In this document: positions 7,984 through 17,161 of the stretch, piece by piece
Layout of the letters: each line of letters opens with the position of its first letter
Numbering within the stretch: position 1 is the stretch's first letter
DNA from: an uncultured Bacteroidales bacterium
GTDB lineage: Bacteria > Bacteroidota > Bacteroidia > Bacteroidales > AUK083
DNA length: 27,492 bases
Reading direction: 5' to 3'
NCBI GenBank assembly: GCA_964395505.1
Contig: CAYNBX010000001.1
Coordinates: 1 to 27,492, forward strand
Translations under genes and position numbers: made by a program
Notes under the pieces: model-generated
Seen by the model: only the letters and a program-made list of their open reading frames with translations
Databases searched by the model: none
Told to the model about the DNA's origin: nothing

Positions 7984-9879
7984 ATGGAGCAAAAAGAATC
8001 CCGAAAATCAAAGACTAAATTATTTAGTGAATTCCCTCCTGTTTCAACAGAAGAATGGGAGGGGAAGATCAAAAAAGACCTTAAAGGAACTAATTATGAG
8101 AAAAAACTTTTTTGGAAAACCAATGATGGCTTTAAAGTTAAGCCATATTACAGAAAAGAAGATTTAAAAGACCTTGATTATCTTAACTCTTATCCCGGAG
8201 ATTTTCCTTATGTTAGAGGTAACAAAAAAAACAATAACAACTGGCATATTCGTCAGGATATTGACGCAAAAGATATTGAGAAAGCAAATGAAAAGGCACA
8301 GGATATTTTAAATAAAGGTATTGATTCAATAGCCTTTATCTTAGATGAAGAAAAAAATATTAATAGAAATGATTTGGATAAATTATTAAAAAATATTAAT
8401 ATTAACAATGTTGAAATAAATTTTATCTGCGGGTACAATTCTCAAAAAATAATTGAGATATTATTAGAATTAAGTAAACAAAATAATTGGGATATTAAAA
8501 ACATTAAAGGATCTGTTGATTTTGACCCATTGGGCTATTTAACATTAAGAGGTAATTTTTATAATTCGGAAGAATACTCTATTACTCAATGCAAATCAAT
8601 GATTGAGGCTGCTGAAGAGCTGCGCAATTTTAGAGTAATTGCAGTAAATGGTAAAATATTTAACAACTCAGGTGCATCAATAATTGAGGAATTAGGATTT
8701 AGCCTGGCTGTGGGTAATGAATATATTTCACGATTAACAGATCATAATTTATTCATAGATAAAATTGCTCCTCGTATCAAGTTTAATTTTTCAGTAGGCT
8801 CTAATTATTTTTTGGAAATTGCTAAGCTAAGAGCTGCAAGGATTCTTTGGGCAAATATCGTTAAAGCTTATAAGCCGAGTAAAGATGCAATAACAGAAAT
8901 GAATATTCATTCCTCAACTTCAGAATGGAATAAAACAATTTATGATCCTTACATAAACATACTTCGTTCTGCAACAGAATCTATGTCATCAATCATTGGA
9001 GGTATTGATTCCTTAACTGTTAATCCTTTCAATAAACATTTTGAAAAAACTACTGATTTTTCTGAACGCATAGCAAGAAATCAACAAATAATATTAAAAG
9101 AAGAATCTTATTTTGATAAAATTGTTGATCCTTCAGCAGGTTCATATTACATCGAAAACTTAACAAATTCTATTGCTGAACATTCATGGGAGCTCTTTCT
9201 TGAAGTTGAAGAAAAGGGAGGATATACTGCTGCTTTCAAACAGGGATTTATTCAGAAAACAGTAAAAGAAACCATACAAAAAAGAGATATGGATATTGCA
9301 ACAAGAAAGGAGAATTTTGTAGGCACTAATCAATTCCCGAATTTTAAAGAACATATTGAAAAAGAAATTGATAATTCAAGACTTAATCCCATAGACCTGA
9401 CTGAAAAAAATGCAATAGCAGAGACTCTCAAACCTTACAGGGCAACCCAGGCTTTTGAAACTTTAAGATTAAAAACTGATAAATATTCTAAAGTGAATAA
9501 ATGTCCTAGAGTTTATATGCTGCCTTATGGTAATCTTTCTATGAGAAAAGCACGCTCGCAATTTGCTTGCAACTTTTTTGCTTGTGCAGGTTTTGAGGTA
9601 ATTGATAATAATGGATTTAAAACTATTGATCAAGGAGTTAAAGCAAGTATAGAAAACAAAGCTGATATTGTGGTTATCTGTAGTTCAGATGAAGAATATG
9701 CAGATATTGTCCCTGGTATTTATGAAAAACTTAAAGATAAAGCTATTGTTGTTGTAGCTGGTTATCCAAAAGCCATAATTGACAGGTTAAAATCAAAAGG
9801 CATAAATAATTTTATTCATCTTAAGTCAAATGTTTTAGAAACTTTAAGAAATTATCAGCAAAAACTTGGAATAATGTAA
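7984..9879 (+). CDS. mutA: Methylmalonyl-CoA mutase small (non-catalytic) subunit
   Basis: [41 protein letters not shown] and VDPSAGSYYIE motifs. The C-terminal B12-like domain lacks DxHxxG. Confidence 0.9.
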   Translation: MEQKESRKSKTKLFSEFPPVSTEEWEGKIKKDLKGTNYEKKLFWKTNDGFKVKPYYRKEDLKDLDYLNSYPGDFPYVRGNKKNNNNWHIRQDIDAKDIEKANEKAQDILNKGIDSIAFILDEEKNINRNDLDKLLKNININNVEINFICGYNSQKIIEILLELSKQNNWDIKNIKGSVDFDPLGYLTLRGNFYNSEEYSITQCKSMIEAAEELRNFRVIAVNGKIFNNSGASIIEELGFSLAVGNEYISRLTDHNLFIDKIAPRIKFNFSVGSNYFLEIAKLRAARILWANIVKAYKPSKDAITEMNIHSSTSEWNKTIYDPYINILRSATESMSSIIGGIDSLTVNPFNKHFEKTTDFSERIARNQQIILKEESYFDKIVDPSAGSYYIENLTNSIAEHSWELFLEVEEKGGYTAAFKQGFIQKTVKETIQKRDMDIATRKENFVGTNQFPNFKEHIEKEIDNSRLNPIDLTEKNAIAETLKPYRATQAFETLRLKTDKYSKVNKCPRVYMLPYGNLSMRKARSQFACNFFACAGFEVIDNNGFKTIDQGVKASIENKADIVVICSSDEEYADIVPGIYEKLKDKAIVVVAGYPKAIIDRLKSKGINNFIHLKSNVLETLRNYQQKLGIM

Positions 9880-10040
9880 TAAAACAGGTTTGAAGTTAAT
9901 TTAATAAGAAATATAAATAAATCTCTATTCTGATAAAGATACAAAAACAAAACAACAATTAAAACATTTAATTTGAAACAAAATAATGGAGTAAAAAACT
10001 CAAAAAATTATATAAATATTAATTTAACAACTTAATATAT

Positions 10041-12194
10041 ATGCGACCGGATTTTAAAAATATCAATTTTAAATCATACAATAAACAACAATTATCTGCA
10101 AAAAGGTGGGAAGAAAAGAATCATATAAAAGCAGATTGGCTAACACCTGAGCAGATTCCTGTAAAAAGAGTTTACACAAAAGATGATTTATTAGGCATGG
10201 AACATCTGAACTATGCAGCAGGTATTCCACCGTACCTTAGAGGTCCTTATTCAACGATGTATGTGGTGCGTCCATGGACGATACGACAATATGCCGGATT
10301 TTCAACTGCTGAAGAGTCTAATGCTTTTTACAGAAGAAACATTGCAGCTGGACAAAAAGGACTTTCTGTTGCATTTGACCTGGCAACACACAGAGGTTAT
10401 GATTCTGATCATCCCAGAGTTGTAGGTGACGTGGGTAAAGCTGGAGTAGCCATTGATTCTATACTTGACATGAAAATACTTTTTGACCAGATACCTTTAG
10501 ATAAAATGACTGTTTCAATGACTATGAATGGTGCAGTTTTGCCAATAATGGCATTTTATATTGTAGCAGGAATGGAACAAGGTGTACCCTTAGATAAAAT
10601 GGCTGGCACAATTCAAAATGACATACTTAAAGAATATATGGTACGTAATACATATATCTATCCTCCATTACAGTCAATGAGAATTATTGCTGATATTTTC
10701 AAGTTCACCTCCAAAAATATGCCTAAGTTTAATTCTATAAGTGTAAGTGGTTATCACATGCAAGAAGCAGGAGCAACAGCTGACATTGAATTGGCTTATA
10801 CGCTTGCAGATGGACTGGAATATGTACGTACTGGTGTTAATGCAGGACTGGATATTGATTCCTTTGCTCCACGTATATCTTTTTTTTGGGGTATTGGGAT
10901 GAATCATTTTATGGAAATTGCGAAATTACGAGCTGCAAGAATGTTATGGGCTAAAATAGTAAAACAATTTAACCCAAAGAATCCAAAATCTATGGCTTTG
11001 AGAACACATTGCCAAACCTCAGGCTGGAGTTTAACAGAGCAAGATCCATTTAACAATATCACCAGGACTTGTATTGAGGCAATGGCTGCTGCATTAGGGC
11101 ATACACAATCACTCCATACCAATGCTTTAGACGAAGCAATAGCTTTACCTACTGATTTTTCTGCCCGTATTGCTCGCAACACTCAAATATATATCCAACA
11201 AGAAACGAATATTATAAAGACAGTTGACCCCTGGGCAGGTTCTTATTATATTGAATTTTTAACTGATGCATTAGCTCATAAAGCCTGGCAATTAATTCAG
11301 GAAGTTGAAGACCTGGGAGGTATGGCTAAAGCTATTGAAACTGGTATCCCTAAAATGAGAATTGAAGAAGCTGCTGCCAAAAAGCAGGCAAGAATAGACT
11401 CTCATAAAGATACTATTGTTGGAATAAATAAATATTGTCTGGAAAAAGAAGAACCTATTGAGACTCTCGAAGTAGATAATACATCAGTTAGAGAAGCTCA
11501 GTTAAGAAGATTGAAAAAATTAAAAGCAGAAAGAAATAACGAACAAGTTAAAGAAGCATTAAATAAAATAACCAGAGCATGCGAAACACATAAAGGGAAT
11601 CTTTTAGAATTAGCAATAGAAGCTGCTAAAAAAAGAGCCACTTTAGGTGAAATATCTTTTGCATGTGAAAAAGTTTTTGGGAGGTATAAAGCAGTGACAC
11701 AAACAATTTCAGGTGTGTATTCTTCTGAATCAAAAGGAGATAAAAATTTTAAAAAAGCATGTGAGCTTGCTGATAAATTTGCAAAAATGGAAGGTAGAAG
11801 ACCGCGTATTATGGTTGCTAAAATGGGACAGGATGGCCATGACAGAGGTGCAAAAGTTATTGCTACAGGTTTTGCAGATATAGGATTCGATGTTGATATT
11901 GGACCCTTATTCCAAACTCCTGCTGAGGCAGCTAAACATGCTGTTGAAAATGACGTTCATATACTTGGAGTTTCAAGCCTTGCCGCAGGTCATAAAACTT
12001 TGGTCCCTCAAGTTATTAAAGAACTGAAAAAACTTGGAAGAGATGACATAATGGTAATTGTTGGAGGCGTGATACCTCCTCAGGATTTTGACTTTCTTTA
12101 CAAAGCTGGAGTAGTTGCAATATTTGGACCGGGAACTGTTGTTTCTGAGTGTGCAATTAAAATGCTCGAAATTTTAATTGATTCAAAAAAATAA
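10041..12194 (+). CDS. mutB: Methylmalonyl-CoA mutase large (catalytic, B12-binding) subunit
   Basis: [33 protein letters not shown] and [10 protein letters not shown] motifs; B12 motif GQDGHDRG; SSLAAGH. Confidence 0.95.
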   Translation: MRPDFKNINFKSYNKQQLSAKRWEEKNHIKADWLTPEQIPVKRVYTKDDLLGMEHLNYAAGIPPYLRGPYSTMYVVRPWTIRQYAGFSTAEESNAFYRRNIAAGQKGLSVAFDLATHRGYDSDHPRVVGDVGKAGVAIDSILDMKILFDQIPLDKMTVSMTMNGAVLPIMAFYIVAGMEQGVPLDKMAGTIQNDILKEYMVRNTYIYPPLQSMRIIADIFKFTSKNMPKFNSISVSGYHMQEAGATADIELAYTLADGLEYVRTGVNAGLDIDSFAPRISFFWGIGMNHFMEIAKLRAARMLWAKIVKQFNPKNPKSMALRTHCQTSGWSLTEQDPFNNITRTCIEAMAAALGHTQSLHTNALDEAIALPTDFSARIARNTQIYIQQETNIIKTVDPWAGSYYIEFLTDALAHKAWQLIQEVEDLGGMAKAIETGIPKMRIEEAAAKKQARIDSHKDTIVGINKYCLEKEEPIETLEVDNTSVREAQLRRLKKLKAERNNEQVKEALNKITRACETHKGNLLELAIEAAKKRATLGEISFACEKVFGRYKAVTQTISGVYSSESKGDKNFKKACELADKFAKMEGRRPRIMVAKMGQDGHDRGAKVIATGFADIGFDVDIGPLFQTPAEAAKHAVENDVHILGVSSLAAGHKTLVPQVIKELKKLGRDDIMVIVGGVIPPQDFDFLYKAGVVAIFGPGTVVSECAIKMLEILIDSKK

Positions 12195-12218
12195 TAAATT
12201 CCTTGTTTTTTTCTAAAA

Positions 12219-12249
12219 GCCAGTAAAAAAATATTCTTTTGACTGGCTC
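12219..12249 (+). terminator. Probable terminator hairpin after mutB
   Basis: agccagt-aaaaaaatattctttt-gactggct followed by T-rich sequence. Confidence 0.4.
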
Positions 12250-12645
12250 TTGTATGTTTTTGTTTATTAATTTTTTTAAACAACTATAAGTGCTTATACT
12301 CTATAAGGGTTTTATCTGAAAAAATGATAAAATATTCAAGTAAAAAATTGATTCTTAGAATGCCTTTAGATTTTTACCTCTATGGTTTAGTACAATTTGA
12401 TTTTATGAAAAATTCAAATTACCTGTTTTTCATAAATATTTTATTTTAAGAATTTTTTTGTTAATTTTTTTCTATATTTGAATTCCTATTAAAGATCTGC
12501 TTCATTGTGGCTAATAGCTTATATAAAATAATTTAGATAAAAAGAGTATTTTTTGCTTGAGGAATTAAATGCTTTTCAAATAGCATAATAGGGAATCTTT
12601 TGATAATACAAACAATTCCTTATTTTAGCATAAATATTTAGATAA

Positions 12646-13872
12646 ATGCAAAAGAAAAAATTTTATAAACATGGTCTGTTTAAGGGTAATAATAAATGGG
12701 ATTACAGCATAAAGCGATATAGTACTTTATATAAAAGAAGCGATGATATAAGAAGTGAATTCTGGAGAGATTATAATCGTATTTTACACTGCAAGGCATA
12801 CAGAAGATTGAAAAACAAAACACAAGTTTTTTTTGCAACTACTAATGATCATATATGTACAAGAATAGAGCATGTAAACCATGTGGCTTCTGTAAGTTAT
12901 ACAATATCAAGATATTTAGGACTAAATACTGAACTTACTAATGCTATTGCCATTGGTCATGATTTAGGACATACTCCTTTTGGTCATCAAGGTGAAGAAA
13001 TTTTAAATGATATTTCCATAAAATATTTGAATGAACCATTTTGGCATGAGAAAAACAGCCTTTTATTTGTTGACAAATTTGAAACATTAGAAGATACTTA
13101 TGGCAAACAAAAAAATCTTTCTTTAACTTATGCTGTTCGGGATGGGATAATTTCACATTGTGGTGAGGTAAACGAAAACTCTATTTTCCCCCGTAAAAAT
13201 AACATGAACCTATATGATATTGAAAGACCAAACCAATACCAACCTTATACATGGGAAGGCTGTGTAGTAAAAATTTCTGATAAAATATCCTTTTTAGGAA
13301 GAGATATTGAAGACGCTTTAAGGCTGAAGATATTATCATTGAATCAGCTGAGAGAACTTAAAAAAATACTGGAAAAAACTATTAATGTTCATATAAGAGC
13401 AATTAATAATACTGCTCTTATGCACAATTTTATTATTAATTTATGTAAAATGAGTTCCCCTGATGATGGAATCCGCTTTTCTAAAAAATATTTGCTTCTA
13501 ATCAATTTAATTAAAGAATTTAATTTCAAAAATATATATAAGCATCCAAGATTAAATTACTTTAATAAATATGCTGAGCTTATAATAAACTCTATTTTCG
13601 AAGCTTTAGTAAATTTATATCACAACAATAAAACTTTAGATGAATTATATAGATATAAAAAAACATATCCATTTTTAGTAGAATCATTTTCTGACTGGCT
13701 TATTAAGTATTCAGATATTGATAATAATTTAAGAAAACAAAATAAATATGAGAACACCATTATTTTCAACATAAATAGTAAAGAAGATTATTTAAGAGCA
13801 ATTATTGAATATATATCTTCTATGACAGATAATTATGCTATTAAAGTATTTAATGAATTAATAAAGTTTTAA
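12646..13872 (+). CDS. HD-domain dNTP triphosphohydrolase (dGTPase family)
   Basis: RSEFWRDYNRILH..AYRRLKNKTQVF, TRIEH, AIAIGHDLGHTPFGHQGE, DGIISH, EGCVVKISDKISF and YISSMTDNYA motifs. Confidence 0.88.
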   Translation: MQKKKFYKHGLFKGNNKWDYSIKRYSTLYKRSDDIRSEFWRDYNRILHCKAYRRLKNKTQVFFATTNDHICTRIEHVNHVASVSYTISRYLGLNTELTNAIAIGHDLGHTPFGHQGEEILNDISIKYLNEPFWHEKNSLLFVDKFETLEDTYGKQKNLSLTYAVRDGIISHCGEVNENSIFPRKNNMNLYDIERPNQYQPYTWEGCVVKISDKISFLGRDIEDALRLKILSLNQLRELKKILEKTINVHIRAINNTALMHNFIINLCKMSSPDDGIRFSKKYLLLINLIKEFNFKNIYKHPRLNYFNKYAELIINSIFEALVNLYHNNKTLDELYRYKKTYPFLVESFSDWLIKYSDIDNNLRKQNKYENTIIFNINSKEDYLRAIIEYISSMTDNYAIKVFNELIKF

Positions 13873-14104
13873 ACGGATTTTACCATAAAAAATCCAGTAC
13901 TGATGCAGGTTTGCTGAATATTTTTTTAAAATTCGTGGCTATATTTTCATCATTTTGCTTTACCCGGTTGGAAATTTGCAATTTATTCCCTCTCGTCATT
14001 ATCTTATACTGAAACGCTATCAAAATAAACAAATAAATTTTATTATAAAGCCGATGATTAGCATGTTAAGAAAACTTGTTTTATGTTAAATGATAACAGT
14101 TCGG

Positions 14105-14446
14105 TATTACCTATAATCATCAGCTTGATTATGTTAACCTTCCCTCGATAAGTTTTTCAAGTGTCTCGTCAATTTGCAGACGTTTCATTAGCGAGAGTAT
14201 AGTAAACACATAACCGAAATCTGCTTTGAACGATATCTTAATGTCCTTTGAATCTATTAGTTTGCCTTTTGTTTTATTAATAACCGTCTTAAGTCAGGTT
14301 ATTACATCATTAGAAAGTTTAAGTTTTATCAGGTTTAAAACCACTCATGTTTTAGCACCACCGTTTTCCCGGTACTTTTCGCAAAATAATACGGTACTGT
14401 ATATTTTCCCGTTTTAGCCTTTCTTATTGTTGAATTGTAAATACAT
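14105..14446 (-). mobile_element. IS transposase remnant (N-terminal part, IS1634-like)
   Basis: Manual translation MYLQFNNKKG*NGKIYSTVLFCEKYRENGGAKT*VVLNL..T*LKTVI..DSKDIKI..DFGYVF..LMKRLQIDETLEK, then a frameshift to NIIKLMIIG. It resembles IS1634-family N-termini as I recall them; three in-frame stops. Confidence 0.6.
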
Positions 14447-14634
14447 GCTGCAAAGAAAATAATTACTTTCTATAGAACAACATTTATCTAATTTTTATTT
14501 AATTTATTAAATGATAATATACGTTGCCGGAATTTCTAAAAAAAATCAGCCAACTACCTGATACTGTTGAAGACATCGATGTAAAACCCGTTAAAAAGCA
14601 GGGTAAGTCCATATATGTATAATTTTATAGATAT

Positions 14635-14665
14635 AAAAAAAGGAGGTAATTATATGTTACCTCCT
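14635..14665 (-). terminator. Rho-independent terminator of rpmH
   Basis: aggaggtaa (14641-14649) / ttacctcct (14657-14665), followed by a T-run on the minus strand. Confidence 0.75.
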
Positions 14666-14714
14666 GAATAGAATATATTAATAATGTAATTTATCAATAT
14701 TTATAATTAATTCA

Positions 14715-14873
14715 TCAATTTTTATCCAGTTTTTCGTCTGAAACAGTTAATTTCTTTCTACCTTTTGCTCTTCTGCGGGCTAATATTTTACGTCCATTAA
14801 CAGTTGACATTCTTTTTCTGAAGCCGTGTTTATTTCTTCTTTTTCTTACTGATGGTTGAAATGTTCTTTTCAT
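14715..14873 (-). CDS. rpmH: 50S ribosomal protein L34 (not in the ORF track)
   Basis: Manual translation: [52 protein letters not shown]. Confidence 0.95.
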   Translation of the reverse strand: MKRTFQPSVRKRRNKHGFRKRMSTVNGRKILARRRAKGRKKLTVSDEKLDKN

Positions 14874-14898
14874 CTTTCATTTAATTTTTTGAGGACTG

Positions 14899-14906
14899 CA
14901 AAAGTA
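14899..14906 (-). promoter_or_regulatory. -7 element (TACTTTTG) of the rpmH promoter
   Basis: TAnnTTTG match on the minus strand, followed by CAGTC, 25 nt upstream of the ATG. Confidence 0.55.
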
Positions 14907-15067
14907 AATTATTTTTTAGTTTTTACAAATATTTTTTGTGTTTTAATTAAAAATTGTTTCTCGGAAATAAATGAACAATTAATTTTAATGTATAAAAAAA
15001 TAAAGACGTTGGTAAATGTATTGAGGATCCAACGTCTCTATTAATAATTATTATGAAAAAAAACTAT

Positions 15068-16528
15068 TTATTTTACTGGAATTTCCTTTAAAGTTTCTAT
15101 CAAAAATTTCCAGAATTTACTAACGGTTTCGATATTTACTTTTTCGTCAGGAGAATGAGGGAAACGAATTGTAGGGCCAAATGATATCATATCCCAATTG
15201 GGATAAACGCCACCTAATAATCCACATTCCAGGCCAGCGTGAATAGCTTTTATTTCAGGAACTTTCCCGAATAAATTATTATAAATAATTTTCATTTCTT
15301 TAAGAATAGGGGATTTCATATTTGGTTTCCAACCGGGGTATGTACCTTCTAAAACAACATCTGCTCCAGCTAATTCAAATATACTGGTAATCATTTCGGC
15401 TAAGTCTTCTTTTGATGTATCTACTGAACTGCGTAATAAACATTGAACTTCAATTTTTCCATCACTTGATTTAATACTTGCTAAGTTGTTAGAGGTTTCA
15501 ACTAAACCTGGCATTGAATCGCTCATACGAATAATACCATTAGGACAACCATAAACAGCATTAATCAAGTTGTTTTGAGTTTTTTCATCAATTAATGAAT
15601 CAACCATATCAATGGTTAATGCTTTAAACGATAAATTAGGTTCAACAGCTGAGAGCTCATCTTTGAATATATTTTCATATTTTTTTACGCAAGCTAAAAA
15701 ATCTTTTTCATTTTTTTCAGGTATTGTAACAAAAGCAAATGCTTCTCGCGGGATAGCATTACGCAAGCTTCCTCCCTCAATACTTGCTAAGCGTAAATCG
15801 TATTTTTTTACAGCGTGTTTTAAAAAACGGTTTAAAATTTTATTTGAATTACCTCTTTGAAGTGCTATGTCAACTCCAGAATGACCGCCTTTTAATCCTG
15901 TTAAAGAAAGTTTATATGCAATAATATCAGAAGGAACTTCTGTTTCGTTATAATGAAATGTAATATTACAATTTGTACCACCGGCACACCCTACATATAA
16001 TTCTCCTTCATCTTCAGAATCAAGATTAATTAAAATATCTGCATCAATTAAGTCAGGCTTTAAACCAAATGCACCAGTCATACCTGTCTCTTCATCAATA
16101 GTAAATAAAGCTACTATTGGTCCGTGAGGAATATTTTTTGATTCAAGTACAGATAAAATAGCAGCAACGCCAATGCCATTATCTGCTCCAAGTGTGGTAC
16201 CTTTTGCAGTTACCCATTCACCATCAATATAAGCATCAATAGGGTCTTGCTCAAAATTGTGTTTAACATCACTATTTTTTTGAGGTACCATATCCAGATG
16301 TCCTTGTAAAACTACAGTTTTTCTGTTCTCCATTCCAGGTGTAGCTGGCTTTTTAATAATAACATTACCAACTTGGTCAACAAAAGTTTCTAAACCAAGA
16401 TTTTCACCAAATTCTTTTACGAATTTTATTACCTTTCCTTCTTTTTTTGATGGACGTGGTATCTGTGTTAAACTATAAAAGTTCTTCCAAATTGCTTTGG
16501 GCTCTAAATTAAGAATCTCTTTACTCAT
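15068..16528 (-). CDS. pepD: Aminoacyl-histidine dipeptidase (M20 family)
   Basis: LQGHLDMV, GTTLGADNGIG, FTIDEETG, INLDSED, GGHSG, IHAGLECG and HSPDE motifs. Confidence 0.92.
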   Translation of the reverse strand: MSKEILNLEPKAIWKNFYSLTQIPRPSKKEGKVIKFVKEFGENLGLETFVDQVGNVIIKKPATPGMENRKTVVLQGHLDMVPQKNSDVKHNFEQDPIDAYIDGEWVTAKGTTLGADNGIGVAAILSVLESKNIPHGPIVALFTIDEETGMTGAFGLKPDLIDADILINLDSEDEGELYVGCAGGTNCNITFHYNETEVPSDIIAYKLSLTGLKGGHSGVDIALQRGNSNKILNRFLKHAVKKYDLRLASIEGGSLRNAIPREAFAFVTIPEKNEKDFLACVKKYENIFKDELSAVEPNLSFKALTIDMVDSLIDEKTQNNLINAVYGCPNGIIRMSDSMPGLVETSNNLASIKSSDGKIEVQCLLRSSVDTSKEDLAEMITSIFELAGADVVLEGTYPGWKPNMKSPILKEMKIIYNNLFGKVPEIKAIHAGLECGLLGGVYPNWDMISFGPTIRFPHSPDEKVNIETVSKFWKFLIETLKEIPVK

Positions 16529-16637
16529 TTTTATCTCCTATATTTTTTGAATTATTATAAAGTTATTTAATATGATTTACAGTGGAAAATTATAACATAT
16601 TTTCTGAAAAGAACGTTAAATACAGGTAAATTATTTT

Positions 16638-17012
16638 TTATTCCAGTAGTTTTTTAAAAGAGATAAATCGTTGGTTATATAAGATAGTAAAAAATTTAGA
16701 AGTTCTTTCATCAACAGGTGTTATTTTTTCTCCAAATTTTTCAACTAAAAGATTACAAATATCCTGTACATTTTTTTCACCATCAATTAAGAGCCAGGTA
16801 GCAGAACCAATTTCATCCAATTTAACTTTAAAATATTTTGATTTAGTTTTTGGAATAAAAAAATTACTTATTTTTTCATTTTTGAATTTAGGTACAATCA
16901 AGTTTACATTACCCATTTCATTAATTTCATGTTTTTGCTTTCTAACAGGCACCATTTCCAATAAATTTGCACCTTTTAGAATTTTTCTTCTTTTAAAAAA
17001 ATTCAAACTCAC
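16638..17012 (-). CDS. Stand-alone PqqD-family (RRE-like) protein
   Basis: NLLEMVP...VPKF...VKLDEIGSATWLLIDGEKNVQDIC..L.EKFGE pattern typical of PqqD-like winged-helix proteins. Confidence 0.7.
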   Translation of the reverse strand: MSLNFFKRRKILKGANLLEMVPVRKQKHEINEMGNVNLIVPKFKNEKISNFFIPKTKSKYFKVKLDEIGSATWLLIDGEKNVQDICNLLVEKFGEKITPVDERTSKFFTILYNQRFISFKKLLE

Positions 17013-17080
17013 TTTCTAAATATCATAAATTTATGAGTGCTAAATTATAAATAAATATAATATCAAATAAATATAGGGAT

Positions 17081-17120
17081 AAAAAGTTGGGAAAATGAAT
17101 ATTCAATTTCCCAACTTTTT
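17081..17120 (-). terminator. Terminator-like hairpin after the OPT gene
   Basis: aaaaagttgggaaa (17081-17094) / tttcccaacttttt (17107-17120). Confidence 0.7.
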
Positions 17121-17161
17121 TATCATTTTAACATAAACAAATTAATGTTTATCATTTAAAC

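Noticed and set aside
14050-14420. Possible ncRNA (RNase P or tmRNA) and plus-strand ORF 14226-14417
   Set aside because: No conserved rnpB or ssrA motifs. The region is better explained by the minus-strand transposase relic.
14856-15044. Plus-strand 62-aa ORF
   Set aside because: Spans the rpmH start and promoter on the opposite strand; low-complexity composition.
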